Positions 51,744 through 62,354 of a DNA stretch of 64,000 bases are shown piece by piece. Where the stretch lies: contig CM119384.1 of assembly GCA_051294905.1 (NCBI GenBank), positions 1,860,001-1,924,000 on the forward strand. The letters run 5' to 3'. Source of the stretch: Botryllus schlosseri (lineage: Eukaryota). Made by a program: the position numbers and the translations under genes. How positions within the stretch are numbered: position 1 is the stretch's first letter; each line of letters begins with the position of its first letter. The notes under the pieces are model-generated. The model was not told the DNA's origin and searched no databases. It saw only the letters and a list, made by a program, of their open reading frames with translations.

Positions 51744-53123
51744 TCATTCTCTCTTCGCTTTAACGTCATCCATGCCTCTAAGTCTTTCTAGAAGTGGCGG
51801 GTGGGAGTAGTGCCTCGTCGAGTACAACCAATCAGCCACAGGAAAAGATAAGTTGTCTTTAAACAATTTTAGCAACGCAGTCTTCAAATACTGCTTTTTC
51901 CCGAGATTAACGGCAAATTCATCAGCTTGAAATTCGAACCGGCGACTGAGCACGTTCATCAGAAACGACATGACTTCGTTGAACGGAGAAAAAAGGAACG
52001 AGAAAACCACGTATAGTCTAATCAAAATGGGCTGGAAATTTGGAAATCCGAAACCAGAAAACAAAACGTGCATATTCATCAATTTGCCAAACATGAAAAA
52101 CATGAAGAAAATATTAAACTGCATGATTACCAAGTTTTTAACCATGTGCGAATAATACCAATGCCCTAATTCGTGTCCAAGGACAGCAACAACTTCCTCG
52201 GTATTACAACCAATTTTTTTCTTAGACTCTCCAGTAGCATCACCATCTTCGGATTGTGAGATGTCTTCTTTTTTAAAATCTTCTTCCTTATCCTCACGCG
52301 TAACAGGAGAGTAGTCTTCCAGTAAGGTATCAAACAATACAATTCTTTTGTTTTTACGGAATCCGTACATATACGCGTTACTATGTGAAGATCGCTTTGA
52401 ACCCTCCACAACATACAGCTTCTGCAGTGGATAATCCAAACTTTTAGCAAGGTTTTCGATCTTCTGTTTCAAATCGCCTTCCGGTAAAGGTGTGTATTTA
52501 TCAAAAAGAGGGGCAATGTATTCCGGATATACATGGAGCAGAACCATGGAGATAATAAATACGATCAGCCAGGCATAGACAAAGAAATAGTCACCACCAA
52601 CTTTTACAATGTATATGATTAACGCCATCAAAGGCATGGATATTGCTTCAGACACAGCAGTTTTTTTCATCATATCAGTCAAGAAAAATCCAAGAGTCAT
52701 TTTGTTGAATCCGTGATTTTCTTCGATAACAAACGTGTAGTACAGTTTCCAGGGTAAGTCAGTAATGAGGCTAAAAATGTTTCCCAAAAAGGAAAACATC
52801 AGTGAGTGGACGATTTCATTTCCTGGATCACAGCCGAGTTTTCCCAATACCTTTCCTGATAGGTCCCACAGAAATGGAAGTCCACCAAGGCACAATATAA
52901 GGGTTAATTCTATTTGTGAATAAAGCCCGTTCCAGAATCCGTAGTTGCTTTTGTCGAGGGCATAAAGTCTGGATTTCTCGAAGGTTCCTGAATCTATGAC
53001 AGACGTCAATTCTTTGGGTATGTCTTTCACGATTTTATAGATCTTATGTTGCCTGCTGGACAAATATGTCTCCCAAACATATATCAGCCATGCAAATGCC
53101 AAGACGGCAGAAAATACCTCCAT
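51744..53123 (-). CDS. ZMPSTE24: CAAX prenyl protease 1 (M48 zinc metalloprotease), intronless CDS
   Basis: Full-length colinear match to STE24 family motifs: FEKSRLY, GSKRSSHSNAY, RIVLFDTLL, HELGH (HEXXH), RRFEFQAD, YSHPPLLERL. First ATG is at 53123; the ORF-track start at 53156 is a TTG. Confidence 0.96.
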   Translation of the reverse strand: MEVFSAVLAFAWLIYVWETYLSSRQHKIYKIVKDIPKELTSVIDSGTFEKSRLYALDKSNYGFWNGLYSQIELTLILCLGGLPFLWDLSGKVLGKLGCDPGNEIVHSLMFSFLGNIFSLITDLPWKLYYTFVIEENHGFNKMTLGFFLTDMMKKTAVSEAISMPLMALIIYIVKVGGDYFFVYAWLIVFIISMVLLHVYPEYIAPLFDKYTPLPEGDLKQKIENLAKSLDYPLQKLYVVEGSKRSSHSNAYMYGFRKNKRIVLFDTLLEDYSPVTREDKEEDFKKEDISQSEDGDATGESKKKIGCNTEEVVAVLGHELGHWYYSHMVKNLVIMQFNIFFMFFMFGKLMNMHVLFSGFGFPNFQPILIRLYVVFSFLFSPFNEVMSFLMNVLSRRFEFQADEFAVNLGKKQYLKTALLKLFKDNLSFPVADWLYSTRHYSHPPLLERLRGMDDVKAKRE

Positions 53124-53193
53124 ATTTATCCAACTAATTATCCCTTCGTATTGCAATTTTATTCAGTATATTTGAGGAGGGTTGGTTCGATTA

Positions 53194-53385
53194 TGTTCAC
53201 AATAAGAGCAATTCTGTTCACAATAAGAGCAGTCTCATGTTCACAATAAGAGCAGTCATGTTCACAATAAGAACAGTCTCATGCTCACAATAAGAGCAGT
53301 CATGTTCACAATAGGAACAGTCTCAGGTTCACACTAAGAGCAGTCATGTTCACAATAAGAACAGTCTCATGTTCACAATAGTATT
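53194..53385 (+). repeat. Minisatellite of alternating 21/23-bp units TGTTCACAATAAGAGCAGTC(TC)A (left arm)
   Basis: About 9 tandem units read directly. Confidence 0.9.
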
Positions 53386-56300
53386 CACAATACACATACC
53401 AGACATGGTGTGTCCGAATAAGACACGATGTCCTAGAGTCAACGCTGTCCGAAACTCCGAACACACCCAGACATGATGACCAAAAACTGACAAATTATTA
53501 CATGAAAAAAACTATATTTTAACGAAATCTGGCACGATGAGGAATTCCGGAGGTTACATCACGCATCATGGTAGAAATAATTCAAAATTTTCGTAGTGCA
53601 ACGAAGTGTTGGGATCAAGTCACTACCTTCGAGTCACGAGTCATTTCGAGTTATTGCACATTTAGACTCATCGAGTCAAGTCAATCTATTTTCGAAGGTG
53701 ACTTGACTCGAGTCAAGTCAAGGCACTCGATTTTCGAATTCAATTTCAATAAGATAAGAGGTTTGGTTAAGGTAAGAATAGAGAACAGAAATAGACATTT
53801 TGCTACTATAAATTACTTCACAATACTAGTTTACTACAGCGTAAGCTGCAAGCTTCGATCACTTCGTTTGCGGTCGATTTATTTGTGAGAGAACAATGGA
53901 GGCTCAGTAAAACGCACGCGATCATTGAATGATTGGTCGCTCTCACGGGTGACACCATCGTTTCGCGAACAATTCGACCATATGCAAGATACAGTGATTT
54001 TTATCGACATCGATTTATGACTTGAAATTTACTCGTGAATTTTGCTTCGAGTCACGAGTCAATCCACATTTCTGATACGCCGAGTCAAGTCAAGTCATAC
54101 GAAAAAGGTGACTCGAGTCAACCTAACACTGGTGCAGCGAGGGATACGTTCCTACATCTCGGGTAGAAAATTCTGTCCTTACTATAAGTATAGCTTATGA
54201 AGAATGGAGACAGAACGTTCAACAGGAGCAGTTGTTGACGGAAGGCACTGAAGTTGTGCGTATACACTGCTGGTGACAAACTGTATTGCTTCGTTCTGGC
54301 AATTGAGTCTACATCACAATTTTTCCTCATGCGCTTCTTGATATGAGAACCACGCAATATACCGACGCAGTCTTGCTTAAGTTGGGATATTGCGGTACGT
54401 TGAGCATAACATCATGTCAACCAATTTTGTTGTTTATGACTTGCAGACAATATGGGCCGTCTACAACGGCAAGCCTATTAAGTAGGGTACAAGCTGTAAA
54501 ATGTCAAATGATAAGTTCACAGACAGTACAAAATCTACGACAAACGAAATGCAGGTTGCAAAAATGAACAATTTTGACATTTTTTGACGTAACGCTACAA
54601 AAAAATCTAAACTACACTATACTATCTTATTTACTTCTCATTGAGTGTGCATGCCTCGTCTTTACATCGCCCAGGCCAAGGTGGGTGCCTGATTCCTTAG
54701 ACTACTCCAAGTAGCTTCGACACCTACTTCCTATATCTTTTCATTGTATCGCATTTTGTGGTGTATCGAACTGATAGAAATTGCTAACAAACCAATGATG
54801 ATGATCAGCAACTGTAAGGGTATGTTTTATTATTGGATAATTATTGATGCATATTGTATCACCTTGATATTGTTTCTCGTTGTCATTTTACGCAACATAA
54901 AGCCAAATTTCACACTACTTTGCGATTTAAAGGGGTTCTGGTGATCTGACATATTTATTTTTAAATATTCGGAATCGGTGCGACAATAGCGATCGATAAA
55001 TTCCAGTCATTATAAATTCTCAGCAGATTATGATGAATTACGCAATGACAGGTGAGACTGGACCCGTCTGTGCCTCGTCTGTGCCTCCCTTCTCTATTAG
55101 CGCTTTAGTTCAGTGGTTCTTAACCGGATGTAATGACCCCCAAAGGGGTAATTTGCCAGTTTTTAGGGGGTAATTCAATATTGACGTTTTTTATATAGTT
55201 ATAAAGGTGCACTGAAGTATTTTCAAAAGTAAATATGAATGTAGGCTAACATATATTTTTGCGAAATTGTATATATTTCGTTTCACTTAAAAACACACCA
55301 TCCCTACTGTGATATCATGGTAACCATTAGTGATTATGAATAACAGAGCCGAATGTAGTTTTTAGTATAATGCTAGGCAAGTCCCATTTATTTTGCAGTA
55401 GTGCGGAATGCGGATCATATATTGCGTTGCGCATGCTAGCAAATTGAAAGACAACAAGGGGCGTCTAAGTTTGGATTTAGAGCTATAGTGCAGTGAAAAT
55501 ATCGTAAAAATATAGTTGTAAGTATTGAAACGTGTAGTGGTATAGTGCTAGTCTGTAAAATTAAGCCTGAAATCATCAAAATGCCGTGTGGGTTCGCGTT
55601 CAAAATGAATAACCAATCTTCGTCATGATGGCATAGAGCTTTGTAATTGAATTTCCTTCAACTTATTGCTGTGAACTGTGAAGTAAGAATTTCTGCAATC
55701 GTATCTATCAAAACGAAATAGGTTTTCGATTGATAATTCCATGAGATGCTGTCTATGTAAATCAACCCACCGCCACCATGCACTCAATAAATGAACAGAA
55801 TAATTAAGTAGGGAGGATACGAACCCTTGAGAAGTTCTGGTTTATGTGAACGCGAGCTCGAAGAAACGGTGAATTCCTCGTCGGAGGTTTTCTGGGCTCC
55901 TCATCCCCCGACGACAAAAAAGACCAGAAACAGACAAGATGATGGTACTCGAAAGAAAAAATGCGAATGGAAAGAGCAAGAAGGATCGTCTCTAAAAGGA
56001 CCACAAAATGAGGAAAAATGGGACATCGTGCATTTGGTCGAAGTGGAAGCCATATTAAAAGACCGCAACTAGTCGTTTCGACATCCTCCTGTCTGGTCAT
56101 TACAACCAATTGTGTATTGTGTATTGCATTGTGTATTGTGTGGGTCTTGACAGGATGAAAATATAAACTGAAGATAACAATCTATCTATACTCTTAGTGA
56201 TACTGTTAAATAGGGTACAAGTAGTCTGGGAAGCAACCTGCCCCTCAGTAACATGGCCAAATTAAAGTAAACTTTTAAAATTTCTGTTATAGAGTGAAAC

Positions 56301-56619
56301 AGTTATTCCGAGTCATATGAATGAAAGAGGTCGGATTACAGAATTGCCGTAAATGAATAAATCCCAAGGGTTGCAGCAGGTAGAGATGATTGAAAATGAA
56401 CAGTCGAAATTTCAGAAATTATATGCTGTGCATACTCGAGTCAACTTTTTGCGATGACTTGACTTAATTGACTGGAGTTACTTTGCAAAAATGACTTAAC
56501 TTGACTCTGTGTCTCAAAATGTAAATTGACTCGTGACTCAAAGCTAATTTTTTTGAGTCAACTTCGAGTCATCAATCTATCGGTCTCGACTGGGTCGCTG
56601 TACCTGTACGTACTTTACG

Positions 56620-57990
56620 TACGTACATCGTGTTTGGGGGTGTTCGGGCATCGTGTCAGGAGTGTGTTCGGACTGCGTTGACACTCGTACATCGTGTCTG
56701 GGGGTGTTCGGACATCATGTCTGGGGTGTGTTCGGACTTTGTTGCCACTCGGACATCGTGTCCGGGGGATATGGTGGTGCTGCGACTGATGTCATTGTGA
56801 ATACAACGACTGCTCTTATTGTGAACATGAGACTGCTCTTATTGTGAACATGACTGCTCTTATTGTGAACATGAGACTGCTCTTATTGTGAACATGACTG
56901 TTCTTATTGTGAACACGAGACTGTTCTTATTGTGAACATGACTGCTCTTATTGTGAACATGAGACTGTTCTTATTGTGAACATGACTGCTCTTATTGTGA
57001 ACATGAGACTGTTCTTATTGTGAGCATGACTGCTCTTATTGTAAACATGAGACTGTTCTTATTGTGAACATGACTGCTCTTATTGTGAACATGAGACTGT
57101 TCTTATTGTGAACATGGCTGTTCTTATTGTATTATCATGTCTGGGGTATCTTCGGACTGCATTGACACTCTGAACATCATGTCTGGGGGTGTTTGGATAT
57201 CATGACTGAGGTGCGTCCGCATTGCGTTGCCAATCGGAAATCGTGTTCGGACATCATGCCCCGGCCTGTGTTCAAATATCAAGTCTAGGGTGTGTTCATA
57301 AAATCATGTTTGGGGTGTCTTCGGACTGCGTTGACACTCGGACATCATATCTGGGGCGTGGCGAGCTCGGACATCGTGTCTGGAGGATGTCTGGGGAGTA
57401 TTCGGTCATCAGGTCTGGGGTGTGTCTGGGAAGGGGCGTTCGGACATCGTGTCTGGGGTGTGTTCGGACTGCGTGTACACTCGGACATCGTGTCTGGGGG
57501 GGGTTCGGATATCGTGTCTGGGGTGTGTTCGGACTGCGTTGACACTCGGACATCATGTCTGGGGCGTGGTGAGTTCGGACACCGTGTATGGAGGATGTCT
57601 GGGGAGTGTTCGGACATCATGTCTGGGGTGTGTCTGGGGGGGGGGCGTTCGGAAATCGTGTCTGGGATGTGTTCGGACTGCGTTGACACTCGGACATCGT
57701 GTCTGGGGGTGTTCGGGCATCATGTCAGGAGTGTGTTCGAACTGCGTTGACACTCGGACATCGTGTCTGGGGGTGTTCGGACATCATGTCTGGGTTGTGT
57801 TCGGACTATGTTGACATTCGGACATCGTGTCCGGGGGATATGGTGGTGCTGCGACTGATGTTATTGTGAATACAACGACTGCTCTTATTGTGAACATGAG
57901 ACTGCTCTTATTGTGAACATGACTGCTCTTATTGTGAACATGAGACTGCTCTTATTGTGAACAGAATTGCTCTTATTGTGAACATAATCG
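56620..57990 (-). repeat. Right arm: two blocks of GC-rich GTGTTCGGACATC(G/A)TGTCTGGGG satellite, each followed by the inverted 21/23-bp minisatellite
   Basis: GC-rich repeats at about 56620-56770 and 57130-57840; minisatellite at about 56812-57130 and 57880-57985. Confidence 0.85.
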
Positions 57991-58012
57991 AACCAACCCT
58001 GTAGGTATATTT

Positions 58013-58133
58013 CACACGACTGCAACGCACAGCACACGTAGAGATAAGTGCAGTGTCACTGGTAAATACTAAACTGCGGACCAGGACGCAGAAGGCAAAA
58101 TCAAGATGGCGAAACGAGTGGACCGCGGAACAG
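58013..58133 (+). promoter_or_regulatory. Candidate promoter-proximal first exon of the plus-strand unit
   Basis: GC/CpG-richer patch with CAAGATGGCG (YY1-like, ATG at 58106) ending in the donor CAG|gtaaaa at 58133/58134. Confidence 0.4.
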
Positions 58134-58790
58134 GTAAAATTTGTAAAACTAAACTTCCCATCATACCATACCACTGTATCAAAACCTTGTGGTGTTTTGA
58201 ATTGATGAAACTTTTAATAAAATGATACTGATCAACAGGAGATCAAGTGGAGCTGGGGACCGGGCGGACTATCCTACCTACGCTGTAAATTGCTATGATC
58301 CTACAACCTACAATATGTATCCATGCTATCACAAAATCCAACCTTGAAAACGGCGGCTCAGGCGCAACTCTAATACTTATTCTATGCAAAAAAGACCTTC
58401 TGTCACGCGCAACTTATTGCCGCCGACAACAACCACTGCTTCCAGTCTGCCTGGCTGGCCCATGTAAATAAGACTCGGAATTATCCCCATGCCTGCCACA
58501 ACTTATCGTTAACAACTTAACATTAAATCAAAATCTTGTCCCAACTCCTAATCACTGAACTGCGGTTCGCTACTTATTTACAGAACTATCCTAATCTTGC
58601 TGAAGGCCATGCACACTGCACAGGGTCGCTAAACGCCAGAGCCACGCTAACGCGACATTGGTTGGTTGTTGAATATCTGTGGGCGTTGATGCGCCTAACG
58701 GCAGTCGAGGTTGTTTTTGTTTACAAGCGCAAGGGTCACTTTAACCTGGCGTAGTCTTCCTATGCGTGTATTTGCAGTAAGTCAGAAAAT

Positions 58791-60596
58791 ATGCCATTAC
58801 CGGCCAATTTACCAGAGAATCTCATGTCACCGCGCGAGCAAATTGTACATATGGAGCGATATGTGCAAGATCAGAAGCTGGGCGCTGGAAATTTCGGAAC
58901 GGCGTACTTGGTAATAGATCGTAATTGCCCGAAAAATGAAGAAACAAAAAAAGTTCTGAAACGAATTCACGTAGGAAATATCGAACCTGGCGAAACAACT
59001 GATGCCAAAAAAGAGGCGAACTTACTCTCCCGGCTTAAGCACAAGTACGTAGTGCAATTTCACGACAGTTTTTTCGACGGCAGTTACTTTTGCATTGTGA
59101 CGGAATATTGTGATGGTGGTGACATGGATATTAAATTAGGGGAATACAAAAAGAAGGGTGAATTTGTTCAAGAAAAACAAGTCATCGAATGGTTGCAACA
59201 GCTTCTAGAAGCTTTACGTTATCTTCACCGTCAACACATTCTTCACAGAGATTTGAAGGCAAAGAATATATTCCTCAAAGCGAATCAAGTAAAGCTTGGT
59301 GACTTTGGAATATCCAAGATTTTAATGGGGACTACAGACATGGCTAGTACATTCGTCGGGACACCGTATTATATGAGTCCCGAAGTGATAAAACATGATA
59401 AATACAATGACAAAAGTGATATTTGGTCTCTTGGTTGCATATTGTATGAAATCTGCACATTGAAGCATGCGTTTGACGGACAAAGTTTGATGGCTGTGAT
59501 GTATAAAATTGTGACCGGCGATATACCGGAGTTACCTCAGATGTATTCCGCGAATTTGGGTAATATTATGAGTCAAATGTTGGCGAGAGAACAAGAAAAA
59601 CGATCATCCTCGAAAGAACTTCTTCAACATGTAATTTTCAAGCCTGCGTCAGAAAAAGAAAAGTCTTCGGTAGCCGGGTTGACACCAAAACAACGTTTAC
59701 GCTTGAAAAAACAAGAGGAAGCCGATGAAAGGTTTCGTAAACTGCAAGAACTTACGGAAAAAAAGCGCATGGAAAACGATATTCGCAGACGCGAGTCTGC
59801 TTCCAGAAATTTCCATCACACGTCGATCGAGAATTCACCGCCTCATGATACAAAACGACCTGACCATTTTAATCAAGTCCAACATGACAGCAGCATGCCA
59901 CACAGACCCACTGTTGGTGACCATAACTCCATTGCTCGCAATGATAAACGTTCAAAGTACATGGTGCACGAAACCTCGCCTACTTCTCCGAGTTTAACAT
60001 TAACCCCGAATGATGTAGTGTTCACTGATGTGCCTGCAGGTAACGCTACTTCTAGCGGCCATGTACCTTTTGATGCAGATGCAACATTGGACCTGGCACT
60101 ATCATATTCTCAAGAAGGAATAATACCAGACGACGAATTTTTAGCCGAAACATACTACAGCCTTGGAAATGATTTTGAAGACATTGGATCGTCAGATCTT
60201 GATGATCTTGATTTGGAAGATGACACTATGCTGAGTGATTCCGAATACAAAGCCATGCTCAATCAGCTCCAACAGTTCGCAGTAGATGGTGATGAATCTA
60301 CAATGCTGCCAAAAAAGGACTCTAAAATGCCTGGTAAACCTGCACAAAACTCTGCGATCACGAGTAACATTGTAACATCGCAAATAGCTAACATGAGAAA
60401 AAACTGTATAGACGCGATGGGAGAGGAAATATTCAACAAAGCTTATGCATATTTGCGAGGAATTTGGTCGAGTAAATTAGTGCCTACTGCTCCGGAATAC
60501 GATTTAGTGGTGAAGAGGCTCAATGACATTGTGAAAGATGATAGAAAATGCTTTCTTTTAGAACAACTAGTGTATCTTGAAAATGAAACCACATAG
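58791..60596 (+). CDS. NEK11: NIMA-related kinase 11, intronless CDS (601 aa)
   Basis: Kinase motifs LGAGNFGTAYLV, HRDLKAKN, DFG and GTPYYMSPE, plus the NEK11-type coiled coil LTPKQRLRLKKQEEADE...RNF and acidic C-terminal region. Confidence 0.92.
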   Translation: MPLPANLPENLMSPREQIVHMERYVQDQKLGAGNFGTAYLVIDRNCPKNEETKKVLKRIHVGNIEPGETTDAKKEANLLSRLKHKYVVQFHDSFFDGSYFCIVTEYCDGGDMDIKLGEYKKKGEFVQEKQVIEWLQQLLEALRYLHRQHILHRDLKAKNIFLKANQVKLGDFGISKILMGTTDMASTFVGTPYYMSPEVIKHDKYNDKSDIWSLGCILYEICTLKHAFDGQSLMAVMYKIVTGDIPELPQMYSANLGNIMSQMLAREQEKRSSSKELLQHVIFKPASEKEKSSVAGLTPKQRLRLKKQEEADERFRKLQELTEKKRMENDIRRRESASRNFHHTSIENSPPHDTKRPDHFNQVQHDSSMPHRPTVGDHNSIARNDKRSKYMVHETSPTSPSLTLTPNDVVFTDVPAGNATSSGHVPFDADATLDLALSYSQEGIIPDDEFLAETYYSLGNDFEDIGSSDLDDLDLEDDTMLSDSEYKAMLNQLQQFAVDGDESTMLPKKDSKMPGKPAQNSAITSNIVTSQIANMRKNCIDAMGEEIFNKAYAYLRGIWSSKLVPTAPEYDLVVKRLNDIVKDDRKCFLLEQLVYLENETT

Positions 60597-62354
60597 TAGA
60601 ATCCACCGTGTAATGCGCTTTTGAACGAGTTAGCTTGTCACACTATATCGCACATTGACTTGAACCATAACCGACACTGCATTTGGCTGGTATTTTTGTG
60701 CTTATCCACTGTGGATACTTTGTTTACGATGTGTTGCATGGATAAAACTTGAAACAGAAACTGATTGCCGATACATAGTGCTTGATATTGATGGTATGAC
60801 TACTCTGTGAAGCAATTTGTTCAGTAGCTTAGAATTGATTGGTTTGAATAGTGTGAAGTTCTACATGTTAGCTATATTTTGATGATCGTGAGTAGACTAA
60901 ATTTGTTGCATATTTATTGTATTCTCTCGGACCAATTTCTCATGATGCAATTTGGTGCTTCTAACCTATTTATTCAATTTTGATTTTGAAGGTAGGCTTT
61001 TGCTGAACGATACCTTATCAAATATTGAGGCGGGTACGGTAGTTATTATCTGTAATCCACCAGTTCTGTGATAGGCTAGTGAGACTAATGCACTCTGACA
61101 TTAGGAGTTTCGGGTGATTTCAATGGGCTTGTAGGCTTATGTATCAGAGTTGGTCTGTAACATAGTAGCTTACTTCTATTTTTTTGTCTTCTACTTGAAG
61201 AAGTTTTAACATGCAATGCTAACTATTTTGATCACCTCTGCTATAAGGCCTATAGAGAACCTGACTGTGTGCAACATGGTTTTCAGGTAATCTCCAATAT
61301 CACACTAATAGGAATGTAACTCTACCAATTATGCACTAGCCTATAGCCTAGTTCACTAGAGTTTTTCATGTGGTGCTACAGAGAAAAATGCGTTAATTTG
61401 TACAGAAACATATTCAGGAAGGTATTTTGTTGTTGGATTCAACTTGATGCTAATAGTACGCTTGTCTTGGATATGAATTCCAGGACAGCTCTAATTCTAT
61501 GCATGTTTCCTTTAATTCTGGAGGATTATATCGTCAACAAATCCAATTTTATAGAAAGTAGGAGATAGCATCTTTCGACTGCTGTTCTGTTTGGCATGGT
61601 TTGTCTATCTATTGGTGATAATTGATACAGGCCTACCAACGCATGCCGATATTTCCTATAAAACATTTGCCTTAAAATGGTACGGTAACTGTATCGGTTG
61701 TTTATATTTCTAGACATGCAGCATGTCTCTAGCAATAATTTTGCCAGCTTTCCAACATGCATAGTAAATGTTCTTATGGAGTTTAATGATTTCCAGCATT
61801 TTTTGCACTCAAAATTCAATATTATGTCTATTCAATTACAGATACACATGCCTTACTGTTGATGATATTTCGTCTCAAAAAGTATTAATTTAACCTTGGT
61901 GCCTGACCATATCATTTTCTCATTGGTACCTTCAAGGGGGATTCCTATTCTATAAGTTGTGCCATGGCTCAATAGAATGATACATGTATGCTATCAGGGA
62001 TCAAATATGGTACGTTTTCCATCTTTCATGCCTTTTACAATTTTTCTGTATTGTTTTGTAGACTTATCTGTTTTCTGTTATTGATTCATATATGTTTTCC
62101 CTGCCTTCGTTGAGTAGTAAGTTAGCACTAGATTGTTTTCTCTGAATGTTGTTTTATAGATATATTTTCAGATATATTTGTAGTGTAAACTTGTAGCAGT
62201 GTTGTGATAGTCACTATCAGTGTTCAAACTATTCAAGCCTGGGGAAATAGTTGTCTAATGGATATTTTCCGAGGGATACATTGCTGAATACATTTTGAAA
62301 GTATACCGGATTGTATTACCACACAATTATTTTGGAAAATACTCCAAGACAAAG

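Larger units (their letters stand above)
53174..58004. mobile_element. Foldback-like non-autonomous DNA element (~4.83 kb) with modular minisatellite arms
   Basis: 53178-53272 is a perfect 95-bp reverse complement of 57906-58000. An 8-bp direct repeat GTATATTT lies at 53166-53173 and 58005-58012, 4 nt outside each arm. The interior has only MITE/SINE fragments and no transposase ORF. Confidence 0.8.

Noticed and set aside
47242-53123. ZMPSTE24-ACOT7-PNPLA6/7 as an operon
   Set aside because: They are co-oriented, but the gaps are kilobases long and repeat-filled, unlike tightly abutting operon genes.
53124-53156. ORF-track N-terminal extensions of ZMPSTE24 (53156) and ACOT7 (48321)
   Set aside because: Both begin at TTG; in ACOT7 the extension is the intron's acceptor tract.
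53194-57990. Minisatellite arrays as a CRISPR-like array, and ORFs 57222-57814 as Cys/Gly-rich proteins
   Set aside because: The units are contiguous with no unique spacers, the context is eukaryotic, and the ORFs are translations of stop-free satellite in several frames.
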